This document shows, piece after piece, positions 1-9,887 of a DNA stretch of 64,000 nucleotides; the first letter of the stretch is position 1; the number at the start of each line of letters is the position of its first letter. The notes beneath the pieces are model-generated. The model worked only from the letters and a program-made list of their open reading frames with translations, was not told the origin of the DNA and made no database searches. A program made the position numbers and the translations under genes. The stretch spans positions 1 through 64,000 of the IMG/VR virus record IMGVR_UViG_3300011113_000257; one strand, written 5' to 3'. Source of the stretch: a virus.

Positions 1-1904
1 ATTCCACCAGTCTCGGTGAAAGCCTTAAGAAGAAGTGCTATATTTACTAAAAATTCTCCGAAAACTGGACCAGTCGAGGTCATTTTATTGAAGATGTCTG
101 CAAAAATACCAGGGATAGGTTTGATTGCATCAAAGAAAGCCTTAACACCTTGATTACCACTAATTTGGTAGAACATCTTCATTACTTCACCAAGGAAACC
201 ACCAATAGCAATTACGTTATCTGCAATTGCATTAAACTTTTCTTGCAGTTCCCCTGTGCGTCTGCCTTCATCTGCAAACGCTTTTAACTTATCAAAAGCA
301 CCAGCAAAGGCATCAATAATCTTTTTACCAGAATCACTTGCCCCCGCGCCAAGAGATTTGAATGCACCAAAAGCACTACTTAATAGCCCGCCAATGCTTT
401 TAGCAAATTCTGCTGCTCTTTCAAAAGATGCAGTTAGTTCCCCTGTTGCATTCTTGAATCTAATTGTTCCGACTAAAGCATCTGCACTTTTCTTAATAAA
501 CTCAGAAAATTGTAGAGTTAAAGGTGCAACAGCATCAAGAAGATTAAGCGCTCCCTCGGCAATATCAACAAAAGCATCACCAAGATTTCTCATAATCTCA
601 ATATTTGCTCCACCAAATACTCGCTTAATAATGTCAAGATTATCTATACGGGTAAGCATTTCAGCAAATTTACGAGCAATATTGCCAATAACTCCGCCCA
701 TCTCGGTAAGCATTGGCTTTAAGACAGGGAAAAGTTTTGTTACAAGCATGTCTACAGCAACAGTGAGAGGACCAAATAATTTTTCACCAGCAGCAGCACG
801 TAGTTTTAAAAACTCTGGTTTTAGACTTGCAATGTAGATAGCAAATCTTCTTGCCTCGGCTGAGAGGTCCTTAAGAAGGTCAACTGAGGAAGCAGAGTTT
901 TGATTAGTTTTTTGTAGAGCCCTTTGTAGAGCAAGTTGCGCCTCAAGAATGTCTTGAGCATTATCACGCTGAGTCTTGAAGAGGTCTGCTTCTGCTTCTG
1001 CAAGATTTTCTTTTGCTGACTGAACTTCTTTAGTGCCTTCAATGCCAGTTTGAGCAGCGTACTCTTGAGCCTTAGCAAGGTCATTTGAACGGTCTGTTGC
1101 TTGGCGATAATCTAAGTCTGCTTGCTTAAAAGCAAGTTCAGCCTCTCGACGAGCACGAGAATCTGCAGGAAGGTCTTGACTACGAAGAAGGGTCTCGCGT
1201 GCGCGTTCTAGTTCAATTGCTGCTCTACTTTGCGCAATGGCAGCATCTTCAGCATCAAAACCAAGTTGCTGGAGCGACTCAGCGCCTTCTTCGTATGCTT
1301 GATTAAGAGCAACCTGAGCCTTACGAACTTTGTCATTGGCTGCAGCCATTTTTTCAGCAGCCTGTTGGTAAACTTGAGCAAGCCTTCTACGAGCATCTGC
1401 AATAGCAGCGTCGTTATTGGCTCCACCACCAGCAGCCGAGCCAGTTTTTTGTTTGAGAAGAGCGCCAATACCTTTTGCCACTCCGCCAAAGGCAAGTTTT
1501 GCCGTTAAAGCCCCCTGCGCAATCGCCGCCAAAAGTCCAGGCAGAACTGCAAGAGCAGGTGCTGCAGCGCCAACAGCAGAGCCAACGGCAAATAGTCCTA
1601 GAACTAAATCGCCAATAGCACTTACAGCACCTGAAATTGCTGGACCTAAAAAGTATCCAGTTTTAATTAATTTATTAAATGTTTTTCTGGCTGCATCTGC
1701 TTCTTTTTCAAGCCTAGCAAATGGGCTTCTACCGCCACTTCCCACGCCTCTAGAAACAGACTTACTAAACTCTTTACCGACATCTTCGCCCATTCTTTTT
1801 GTAACAGGTTTGATGTCTTTAAGAGCCTTTTCTACGTCCTCTTTAAAACCAGCAGTTACTGCCCTTATGACAATATTTGCTTCACCAATGTTTGTTACAG
1901 CCAT
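1..1904 (-). CDS. Tape measure protein, N-terminal part (runs off window start)
   Basis: ATG at 1904 (MAVTNIGEANIVIRAVTAGFKEDVEKAL...); Ala/Gly-rich helical sequence; directly downstream of tail chaperones; long antisense shadow ORFs suggest an open frame. Missing from the ORF track because it is truncated. Confidence 0.85.
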   Translation of the reverse strand, partial: MAVTNIGEANIVIRAVTAGFKEDVEKALKDIKPVTKRMGEDVGKEFSKSVSRGVGSGGRSPFARLEKEADAARKTFNKLIKTGYFLGPAISGAVSAIGDLVLGLFAVGSAVGAAAPALAVLPGLLAAIAQGALTAKLAFGGVAKGIGALLKQKTGSAAGGGANNDAAIADARRRLAQVYQQAAEKMAAANDKVRKAQVALNQAYEEGAESLQQLGFDAEDAAIAQSRAAIELERARETLLRSQDLPADSRARREAELAFKQADLDYRQATDRSNDLAKAQEYAAQTGIEGTKEVQSAKENLAEAEADLFKTQRDNAQDILEAQLALQRALQKTNQNSASSVDLLKDLSAEARRFAIYIASLKPEFLKLRAAAGEKLFGPLTVAVDMLVTKLFPVLKPMLTEMGGVIGNIARKFAEMLTRIDNLDIIKRVFGGANIEIMRNLGDAFVDIAEGALNLLDAVAPLTLQFSEFIKKSADALVGTIRFKNATGELTASFERAAEFAKSIGGLLSSAFGAFKSLGAGASDSGKKIIDAFAGAFDKLKAFADEGRRTGELQEKFNAIADNVIAIGGFLGEVMKMFYQISGNQGVKAFFDAIKPIPGIFADIFNKMTSTGPVFGEFLVNIALLLKAFTETGG

Positions 1905-1911
1905 TACTTAC

Positions 1912-2336
1912 CTAACCTAGAGGTGCTTCTCGGAGAACGCCACCAAATGGGTTCGCAGAATCAGGGTCAAAGTTAGTTGGGGGTACGTAAGGCTTTACGT
2001 TGTTTGTCTTGGAAGGAATGTAGTTTCCTTCTGCATCAAAAGGTTCAGAAGAGTATTGACCGTCAGCAGAGTCAAAATCTTTGCTCTTCTTTGTAGAGTA
2101 AGCAAATTTTCTGCCGTATACAGTTTCATATATAACATCTCTAGCAGAATTCTTTGTATCAAACTCTGCTTCGCTGGTAACAATAGCATCTTCTTCAAAG
2201 AGGTAGTGGATTACGTCTAACATGTCACTTACCTCCAGTTCCTTAAGATTTATTCCGTTTAGTAGACAACGACCATTAATGTAGTGCCAAAGTTCTAACG
2301 CCCACTCCGTTAGTCCGATGACACCTGCGTGGGGCG
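1912..2336 (-). CDS. Tail assembly chaperone, post-frameshift (gpGT-like) segment
   Basis: The frame of ORF 1912..2223 stays open upstream (PPHAGVIGLTEWALELWHYINGRCLL...) and overlaps the end of 2310..2645 in the -1 frame. Confidence 0.7.
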
Positions 2337-2645
2337 GTTTGAATAGGTCTCCAAAATCCAGCCAATAATTTCTCCTAGTGTTTCCACAGAGACAATCTTG
2401 TCTGGGTCTTCGATTAGTTTTTCAAAACGCTTGTGGCTTTCAGGAAGTAGGGCTACTTCGAAGAATCCAAGAATTGCATTTGTTGAGTCAGCAGCGTCTT
2501 CGGATGAACTACTTGCTGCAAACTTAAGAAGAACTTTGCCTTGAATTGCAGGACGGCAATTAAACTCTTCATCATATAACTTAAAAGATAGGCTTTCTTT
2601 GGCGTTATCCTCTAGAGGAGAACCAAAATCCTTAAATCGTGACAT
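2310..2645 (-). CDS. Tail assembly chaperone (gpG-like)
   Basis: Position before tape measure; ends ...YSNRPTQ, an ending I associate with actinophage chaperones. Confidence 0.75.
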   Translation of the reverse strand: MSRFKDFGSPLEDNAKESLSFKLYDEEFNCRPAIQGKVLLKFAASSSSEDAADSTNAILGFFEVALLPESHKRFEKLIEDPDKIVSVETLGEIIGWILETYSNRPTQVSSD

Positions 2646-2682
2646 AATTTTTTCCTTTGTCTTTGTATTATTTATTTATGCG

Positions 2683-3090
2683 TCAGTCCTTTAGTGCTAA
2701 GTATAGATTATCTGTGAGATACCTATTTGGCTTAGTACCAGGATGTCGAACACTTGTTGCGTAAATGACTCTGCTTCCCTTGTTAAAAACAAGATACTGA
2801 GAGCGGTTTGGGGTAATGATATGTGGCTTAGTTCCCTCGTGATGCATACGGGCATAATTAAGCGGAGAGCCTACTTTTACGAATTGACCACGAACGTCTC
2901 TTCGATGACTCATTGATATAGAGCGTTTTAAAGCCCCAGTATCAACTCCAACTTGCCTACGAGCAGCATTTGCCACTCTAAGTCCTCGTTTGCTAAGGCT
3001 TCTACCCACTGGACCAAGAGGGTTATTTAATAAATAATCTAGTCCTGCGTTATTAAACTTAATATCAGTTGCTGTAAAAGAGATTTTCAT
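2683..3090 (-). CDS. HK97 gp10-like tail completion/neck protein
   Basis: VDTGALKRSI, YARMHHEGT and HPGTKPNRYL motifs. Confidence 0.75.
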   Translation of the reverse strand: MKISFTATDIKFNNAGLDYLLNNPLGPVGRSLSKRGLRVANAARRQVGVDTGALKRSISMSHRRDVRGQFVKVGSPLNYARMHHEGTKPHIITPNRSQYLVFNKGSRVIYATSVRHPGTKPNRYLTDNLYLALKD

Positions 3091-3092
3091 GG

Positions 3093-3599
3093 TTACGGAA
3101 CCGCAATCGTAAAGGTCGCACTAACTGCTTGAAAACCACCCTCTGGAGAGGGGATATCTACAGTTCCAATGACCCCAAGACCAAAGGCTCCAGTAGTCTC
3201 CCACTGGTCTAAAAAGGCTACACAATCAAGCAATACCCATGCATCTACAGCAGAAATGTAAGAACCTTCTTCAATTTTAGTTGATGCAGGAACTAGACCT
3301 TTTCCGCTAGTCGTGGGAATCTCACGTACAACTGTTGCTTTAAGTACGGCACTGCGCGGAGAGTTACAACGCTGAGGCGCAGTTGCTTCGTCTCCTGGAG
3401 GACCAATATAGAGTTGCTGAAAAGACACGACCAACTGCTCGCAGTCGAATGCTTCTTGACCAGCCATCCAATACTGACGAGAAGGCAAGGTTACACCGTG
3501 GTGAGCATACCTATCTACAACAACCTGCAGAATGTCATCTAAAAGATTTTTAAGACTTAAAGAGTCAGCAGATGCACCAGCGATACTGGTAATCGGCAT
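3093..3599 (-). CDS. Putative tail terminator / head-tail protein
   Basis: Synteny; DCEQLVV and PEGG motifs resemble actinophage tail completion proteins. Confidence 0.55.
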   Translation of the reverse strand: MPITSIAGASADSLSLKNLLDDILQVVVDRYAHHGVTLPSRQYWMAGQEAFDCEQLVVSFQQLYIGPPGDEATAPQRCNSPRSAVLKATVVREIPTTSGKGLVPASTKIEEGSYISAVDAWVLLDCVAFLDQWETTGAFGLGVIGTVDIPSPEGGFQAVSATFTIAVP

Positions 3600-3601
3600 G
3601 G

Positions 3602-3760
3602 TTACTCAGTTTCTTCAGCAGGTGCTTCTTCTGCAACAACTTCAACTACAGGTGCTTCAACCTTTTTAGGCTTTGCAGGTGCAGTTTTCTTTGCAGGAGC
3701 AGGTGCAGATGTCTTAGCAGCGCCAATCATATCTTCAGCGCGAAAGTTTGTCTGTGCCAT
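3602..3760 (-). CDS. Small Ala/Lys/Glu-rich protein (52 aa), not in ORF track
   Basis: MAQTNFRAEDMIGAAKTSAPAPAKKTAPAKPKKVEAPVVEVVAEEAPAEETE*; AAGGA SD upstream; fills the gap. Confidence 0.7.
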   Translation of the reverse strand: MAQTNFRAEDMIGAAKTSAPAPAKKTAPAKPKKVEAPVVEVVAEEAPAEETE

Positions 3761-3826
3761 TATATATCCTTTGGTAGTAGGTGCTTCTATTTTATCGGAA
3801 TTACAGCATTCCTATTTCTTGCTTTG

Positions 3827-6800
3827 TTATCTAATGAACCATTCTTCTACCGTATCTGAAATATCTTGGAGTTTACGCCAACGCGGATTAACTGGCTTGC
3901 CCTTAATCATTCTGACTTTTCCAACTAAACCGATAGCATCCCATTCTTGTCTATCTTCTCTTGGAACATACTCGATTTCTGGGTCGTAGTTTGGATTAAC
4001 TTTATCTCTTTGCTGGATTACGGTTGTGTAGTTTTCTGGAAGTTCAATGTCTTGAAGGGCAAAATCATCAAAAGCATAAGCAACTTCTTTGGTTTCTCCC
4101 TTTTCATCAATTTCAGTCCATTGGTAGACTTCATAATCTTCTAGGATTCTACGACCAAAATCATCAATCAAATACTTTTCATTCCAATGGCTCCACGCAG
4201 AGTCGCCAATGAATCCTGGTCTACCAGAAACAATGCCAATAATTTCTTCTGAATCTTCAGTTGCTTCAACGATTTTATTTCCAACAAGAATTACTGGAAT
4301 GCCCACTCGGTCTTCCGCGTTAGGGTTGCCATCAAGCCATTCAAAGTATTCTGCGTAGTCAGCAGGAGATGTAATGGTTGCAACATCAGATGCAATTCTT
4401 CCGTCGCCTCTTACTTGGAAATCTAAATCAGCAGTTCCATTTGTATTTGAATAACAAAGAATAAAATCTGATGTTGTATCCGATGCACGACCTTTATTGT
4501 TGCGATGAAAAATTCCAGCGTATGAAGCGTTACTTAGTATTGAATATGTAGAATAATCTCCAGTTGTAGAGTCAATAAAGTAATAACCTACGTTAGTTGC
4601 TATTACCGCACCATCTCCAGCAGCGATGTTGTTTCCTAGTAGCCTTGATATGTCTAGTGTTCCCTTTAGAACGTGGCTTCCTGCTGAACTAATAAGTAGT
4701 TCATATGTAGCGTCATTAGCATTTGGTCTTATGTAGACCCCGCCACCAGTACCAGCGCCAATATATGTTGTGGTTCCATTGTTTAATAAAACATACTCTT
4801 GACCAGCCATGCCATTAGTAGCAAGACTTTCATAGGTACTACTACCAGTCCACTCGCGTAAAACAAGTCCACCGTCAACACCGTCAGAGTTAGAACGGAT
4901 TGAACCTGTTGCTGTTATATCAGCAGCAGACGCAGTCCCAGTAAAAGTTGGAGAACTTAGAGTTTTGTTAGTTAATGTTTGAGTAGTTGTGTCAGCAACT
5001 AAAACTTCATTTCCACTTGAAAGGTTGGCAGGTAACCTTAAATCAAGGTTTCCTCCAACATCTCCAAGAGGACCCTTTAGGGCTAGATTTCCACTAGTAG
5101 TACCAGTAAAATTAATGAAACTATTATTTATAGAGATAGGGGTTCCAGCAGTATAAGAACCTGTAGTTCCTTGGATGCCCTGTAAACCTTGTAAACCTTG
5201 AAGACCTTGAACTCCTTGAGAACCTGTGTTGCCAGTTATACCTTGTATGCCTTGTGCACCAGTGCTACCTGTTGAACCCGTTGTGCCTTGGAGACCTGTA
5301 AAGCCTTGTAAGCCTTGTAAGCCTTGCGTACCTGTAGAACCTATGGTTCCCTGAATACCTTGAGAACCTGTCGAGCCTGTATCACCTGTTGTTCCCTGAA
5401 AACCAATAAATCCTTGTAAACCAGTTATACCTTGAGCGCCAGTTGCGCCTGTATCACCTGTTACACCTTGAATTCCTTGTGTTCCAGTTGTACCTTGTGC
5501 ACCTATTGTGCCTTGTAAGCCAGTTGCACCAGTTGTTCCTTGAACTCCTTGTTCTCCAGTTGCTCCTGTAGTGCCTTGTATACCTTGTGTGCCACTAAGT
5601 CCTTGAATACCTTGCTCGCCTTGAGAACCAGTTGCGCCTAAGGTTCCTTGAACACCTTGAATTCCTTGCGAACCTGTAGAACCAGTTATACCTTGTATAC
5701 CTGACTCGCCTGTAGAACCTTGAGTACCTTGAATGCCTTGGAGACCTGTAAAGCCTTGTAAGCCAGTGGCTCCTTGTAAACCAATTGTTCCTTGAGAACC
5801 AGTTGCACCAGTTTCACCTGTTGTTCCTTGGCTCCCAGTAATACCTTGAACACCCGTGAGACCTTGGGAACCAGTAACTCCTTGAATGCCCTGAGCACCT
5901 ACGTCACCAGTTGTGCCTTGGGTTCCTTGGGTTCCTTGTAAGCCTTGTGTACCTTGGAATGAAAGACCTTGAATACCTTGGTTTCCAAGTAACCCTTGAA
6001 TGCCTTGTACGCCTTGTACGCCTTGAATACCATCCGAGCCATTTGTCCCATTAGCGCCAGTAGTTCCTTGAGCGCCTTGGATTCCTATAAATCCTTGGAT
6101 ACCATTATTTCCAGAAATTCCTTGACTGCCGACGGTTCCTTGTGCCCCCGTTTGTCCCGCTTCGCCTTGCGTGCCCTGAGTACCGCTCGCGCCCTGTATA
6201 CCTTGCGTTCCCTGAGCACCGCTAGACCCTGTGGAGCCTTGTATGCCAGTTGTTCCTTGGATGCCGTCTGACCCATTAAGACCAGCACTACCAGTAATAC
6301 CTTGAATACCTTGAATACCTTGCTCGCCTTGTATACCTTGTGCACCTGCTACACCTTGAGTTCCTGTTGCTCCTTGTACACCAGTTGAGCCTGTTGTACC
6401 TTGTAATCCAATCTCACCTTGAGCGCCAGTTACACCTTGTACTCCAATTGTTCCTTGGATACCTTGTATACCGCTACCAGTTGTTCCTTGAATACCTTGT
6501 ACACCGTCAGAACCAATGTAGCCAGAAGTTCCCTGTGCGCCTGTCTCTCCTTGTATGCCTTGAACACTTAAACCAGTTGTACCTTGAAAACCTAGTAGAC
6601 CCTGTGTGCCAGTCGCGCCCTGTGCACCTATAGTTCCTTGAGAACCAGCAACACCTTGTGTCCCAGTTAAACCTTGAAAACCTACAGTTCCTTGCGTTCC
6701 TATTGTTCCTTGCGCTCCTGTAGTTCCTTGTGCGCCTGTAGTTCCCTGAAAACCAATTAATCCTTGTGCACCTGCTGAGCCAGTTGCGCCTTGGGCACCT

Positions 6801-8062
6801 GTGGACCCTGTAGTTCCTTGTAAACCAGTTGAGCCAGTAGTTCCTTGGAAACCTAGTAAGCCCTGAGTACCAGTATTACCTGTCGTACCTTGAGAACCTA
6901 TTAACCCTTGTATACCTTGTGCGCCTGTTGAGCCTTGAGTTCCTGTAGCACCTTGAGTTCCCGTGGTGCCTTGAGCACCTAAAACTCCTTGAGAACCTGT
7001 AGCACCTTGTGTTCCTATAGAGCCTTGAGTACCAGTCGTTCCCTGTACGCCAATTAATCCTTGAACTCCCTGCGTGCCTTGAGCACCAAGCAGACCTTGA
7101 ATGCCAGTAGTGCCTTGAGTGCCTGCAGTTCCTTGTGCGCCTATAAAACCTTGTATACCTTGGGCACCAGTAGAGCCTTGCGTACCAGTGGCTCCTTGAA
7201 TACCTAGAGTTCCTTGGACACCCTGTGAACCTATAGTTCCTTGTGCGCCTGTAGTTCCCTGTGTACCCGTAGCGCCTTGAGTGCCTGTGTTTCCTTGAGT
7301 CCCCTGCGTACCCTGTGCTCCAGTTATTCCCTGAAAACCTAGCAAGCCTTGGGTGCCTGTTGCGCCTTGAGTACCTGTTGTACCTTGTGTTCCTTGTATT
7401 CCTTGTGCACCCGTGGAACCTTGAATACCTAATGTGCCCTGTGTTCCAGTTGTACCTTGGATACCTTGTGTTCCTTGGACACCCTGCGTACCTTGAGAGC
7501 CTGTAGTTCCTTGGGTACCCGTGGCACCTTGCGTACCCGTGGTGCCTTGCACGCCTTGTAGTCCTTGGACACCTTGAGTACCTTGCGTACCAGTGGCTCC
7601 TTGAGTTCCAGTTGTTCCTTGGGAGCCTGTTGTACCTTGAGAGCCTGTAGCACCTTGTGCACCTTGTAAGCCCTGTAAGCCTTGAATTCCCGTAGTACCC
7701 TGAGAGCCAGTTGCGCCTTGCAAACCCTGAATGCCTTGCGTACCTTGGAGTTGGGCAAAGCCAAAGCCTTGTAGACCTTGCGTGCCTTGCAACCCCTGAG
7801 TTCCTTGAGTACCTTGAACACCCATTTCGCCTTTGGCACCCTGAGGACCACTTTTACCAAGTTCTATAGTTGAGTTAACCTCAACAAGAGCAACTTCAGG
7901 CGAAGAACCTTCAATAGATATTTGTTGGTTTGTTTGGTTAATTTCAACCGTACCGCTAGGGGAAATACTTATAGTATCTTGACCGTCAGTAATGCTTACT
8001 ACATTGTTTCCGTTTTCTACAGATACTGAAACTACTTCGCCATTGATTTCTACTGAACTCAT
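3827..8062 (-). CDS. Collagen-like tail fibre with C-terminal peptidase G2 (intramolecular chaperone) domain
   Basis: About 900 aa of G-X-Q/T triplets; C-terminus ADYAEYFEWLDGN...NPNYDPEIEYVPREDRQEWDAIGLVGK is typical of the peptidase_G2 auto-cleaving chaperone. Confidence 0.85.
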   Translation of the reverse strand: MSSVEINGEVVSVSVENGNNVVSITDGQDTISISPSGTVEINQTNQQISIEGSSPEVALVEVNSTIELGKSGPQGAKGEMGVQGTQGTQGLQGTQGLQGFGFAQLQGTQGIQGLQGATGSQGTTGIQGLQGLQGAQGATGSQGTTGSQGTTGTQGATGTQGTQGVQGLQGVQGTTGTQGATGTQGTTGSQGTQGVQGTQGIQGTTGTQGTLGIQGSTGAQGIQGTQGTTGTQGATGTQGLLGFQGITGAQGTQGTQGNTGTQGATGTQGTTGAQGTIGSQGVQGTLGIQGATGTQGSTGAQGIQGFIGAQGTAGTQGTTGIQGLLGAQGTQGVQGLIGVQGTTGTQGSIGTQGATGSQGVLGAQGTTGTQGATGTQGSTGAQGIQGLIGSQGTTGNTGTQGLLGFQGTTGSTGLQGTTGSTGAQGATGSAGAQGLIGFQGTTGAQGTTGAQGTIGTQGTVGFQGLTGTQGVAGSQGTIGAQGATGTQGLLGFQGTTGLSVQGIQGETGAQGTSGYIGSDGVQGIQGTTGSGIQGIQGTIGVQGVTGAQGEIGLQGTTGSTGVQGATGTQGVAGAQGIQGEQGIQGIQGITGSAGLNGSDGIQGTTGIQGSTGSSGAQGTQGIQGASGTQGTQGEAGQTGAQGTVGSQGISGNNGIQGFIGIQGAQGTTGANGTNGSDGIQGVQGVQGIQGLLGNQGIQGLSFQGTQGLQGTQGTQGTTGDVGAQGIQGVTGSQGLTGVQGITGSQGTTGETGATGSQGTIGLQGATGLQGFTGLQGIQGTQGSTGESGIQGITGSTGSQGIQGVQGTLGATGSQGEQGIQGLSGTQGIQGTTGATGEQGVQGTTGATGLQGTIGAQGTTGTQGIQGVTGDTGATGAQGITGLQGFIGFQGTTGDTGSTGSQGIQGTIGSTGTQGLQGLQGFTGLQGTTGSTGSTGAQGIQGITGNTGSQGVQGLQGLQGLQGIQGTTGSYTAGTPISINNSFINFTGTTSGNLALKGPLGDVGGNLDLRLPANLSSGNEVLVADTTTQTLTNKTLSSPTFTGTASAADITATGSIRSNSDGVDGGLVLREWTGSSTYESLATNGMAGQEYVLLNNGTTTYIGAGTGGGVYIRPNANDATYELLISSAGSHVLKGTLDISRLLGNNIAAGDGAVIATNVGYYFIDSTTGDYSTYSILSNASYAGIFHRNNKGRASDTTSDFILCYSNTNGTADLDFQVRGDGRIASDVATITSPADYAEYFEWLDGNPNAEDRVGIPVILVGNKIVEATEDSEEIIGIVSGRPGFIGDSAWSHWNEKYLIDDFGRRILEDYEVYQWTEIDEKGETKEVAYAFDDFALQDIELPENYTTVIQQRDKVNPNYDPEIEYVPREDRQEWDAIGLVGKVRMIKGKPVNPRWRKLQDISDTVEEWFIR
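5160..7850 (-). repeat. Coding 9-nt-period collagen repeat (Gly-X-Gln/Thr)
   Basis: Recurrent ccttg on the + strand at 9/18-nt period; translates as GXQ triplets. Confidence 0.95.
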
Positions 8063-9789
8063 ATTGTGGTCACTTCGGGGGTCACAACGAACTGACCCTC
8101 AAGCAACCTAGTAACAGTCCCACTACTTGAAGTCAACTCTAAATCGTAAACATAACTTCCATCATCTAAATCTGAAGTGTAATCTGCATCAATAGTAATT
8201 ACAATAGTTCCAGCAGCGCCACCTAAAGTAATACCAGCATTAAGTGTGGAAGTAGGGCTTGCACCAAGTGCTAGAGCACCGTTTGTAGCCGTGTAAGCAA
8301 TGGTAAATGTTGTTGCAGTAGGTGCAGATAAAACAAGATACTTTACTGAACCTGAACTTGCAGTTAAATTAAACAGAGTTACAGTGCTTCCAGAGGTTAA
8401 ACCATGAGCAGTTGCTGTTGTTACGGTAGCAATATTACTAGAAACAGTAGCACTATTGATTACTTTTGCTGCTCCTGCTGTTGAAACTAAAGACAATGCT
8501 GAACTTGTACTAGAGTAAGATGCTCTAACCTGCATCGCAGCAGTGTAGTTAGTTATATTTACAGCAACTCCATCAATGCTCCAAGTCATAGTACGAGTGA
8601 ATGTCGCACCTTGCTGACAAGTTAGTCTTGTTGGGGTAGCAGAAGTTGTAGATATAGGATTAATTTGACTCTGTAGAACTTTCTTAATTTGAAGATTACC
8701 TTCAAGAAGTTCGGTTGTAGCGCCAGTGCCGTCTACAGCATAAAGAATCCATTTACCAGGGTCATTTGGACCTAAAGCATTGTAAGTGTTTTTGTAGTCA
8801 AAAGTTAAGTCTATATATGTAATTCCACCACTAGTCGAGAATGCAGCAGCAGTAGAGGCATAAGTTTTTGTGTAATGACCGTTCCAACTAACAGCATCAA
8901 GACGCAAGGTATAGGAAGCATTGTTGTATGCAGTCAACCCAGCATTAGCGCCAGTGCAAGCAATAGCCTTACTTCCTACAAAACTATTGGCACTTGATAG
9001 GACGACATCTTTTGTTGAATTAGCAGTCAAAACAATAGGACGTGGTGGAGCAGCGCGACGGGCACGAGGAGTATCTGGACTAAATACCTTTGATGGCGCA
9101 AGAGCCTTTGATGGGTTTGCAGTCTTGATAAATAGGTCAACGGCATAAATACCAATACGCATATTCTCAAGAAAATCTTGGTTGTCGAGGACGGTATAAG
9201 AAACGCCCTGACGAGAAATAGATGTAACACGGTCTGGAAGAGCGCAGTCATCCCCAGTCCAGAACTTAATAAGTTCAATTGCAAAAAGTTTTGCTGCCAT
9301 ACGACCTGAAACAGGTGGTCTGATGCCGTATGTATAAGTAACTTCTACGTTTCCTGGCGGCCAGGGAGTGCCACTGTAGGCGCGAATTTCGTTGTGCTCT
9401 GATACGTAGTAGTAGTCAGGGTCAACAATATGACCATCGTATAAAGAACGAACTAAGTGAACTTCTTGTACTGGCTTTCCGCGTAGGCGAATACGTGAGA
9501 TGGAAGAAGTTCCGTCTGATTGATATGCAGAATCGTTCCAGTCTTCTGAAGCCATATTATAGACAGACCCATTTACCAAATGCGCCTGAAAGTTTTTTGC
9601 AGAGATACCTTGATAACGGAAAGAATCAACAGATGTGATGTAACGCTCTGTTACAGTTGTAATTCCACTATATTTACGACCAGACATAGCCCAAAGAATG
9701 TTAGATGCCATTTGGCAAGCGTCATCGGCATACTCTGAATCAGAGTATGCTGTGCCTAAATCTGAAGGGACTACCCAAAGATTTGACAT
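8059..9789 (-). CDS. Head-to-tail adaptor fused to a C-terminal beta-sandwich domain with an inserted beta module
   Basis: N-terminal ASNILWAMSGRKY...CALPDRVTSISRQGVS adaptor motifs; C-terminal QGATFTRT...YVYDLEL...RLLEGQFVVTPEVT. Confidence 0.75.
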   Translation of the reverse strand: MSNLWVVPSDLGTAYSDSEYADDACQMASNILWAMSGRKYSGITTVTERYITSVDSFRYQGISAKNFQAHLVNGSVYNMASEDWNDSAYQSDGTSSISRIRLRGKPVQEVHLVRSLYDGHIVDPDYYYVSEHNEIRAYSGTPWPPGNVEVTYTYGIRPPVSGRMAAKLFAIELIKFWTGDDCALPDRVTSISRQGVSYTVLDNQDFLENMRIGIYAVDLFIKTANPSKALAPSKVFSPDTPRARRAAPPRPIVLTANSTKDVVLSSANSFVGSKAIACTGANAGLTAYNNASYTLRLDAVSWNGHYTKTYASTAAAFSTSGGITYIDLTFDYKNTYNALGPNDPGKWILYAVDGTGATTELLEGNLQIKKVLQSQINPISTTSATPTRLTCQQGATFTRTMTWSIDGVAVNITNYTAAMQVRASYSSTSSALSLVSTAGAAKVINSATVSSNIATVTTATAHGLTSGSTVTLFNLTASSGSVKYLVLSAPTATTFTIAYTATNGALALGASPTSTLNAGITLGGAAGTIVITIDADYTSDLDDGSYVYDLELTSSSGTVTRLLEGQFVVTPEVTTI

Positions 9790-9887
9790 AATCTACACAT
9801 CCTCGCTAAAGAAACGGCGGGCGCGGGAACCGTTTTACCAGTCTCCACGCCCGCCTCCGATTTTTCTAGTTAACTACCAACCTGAGA

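Noticed and set aside
5160-7850. Periodic repeats as a CRISPR array or satellite
   Set aside because: Fully explained by in-frame GXY collagen codons; no repeat-spacer structure.
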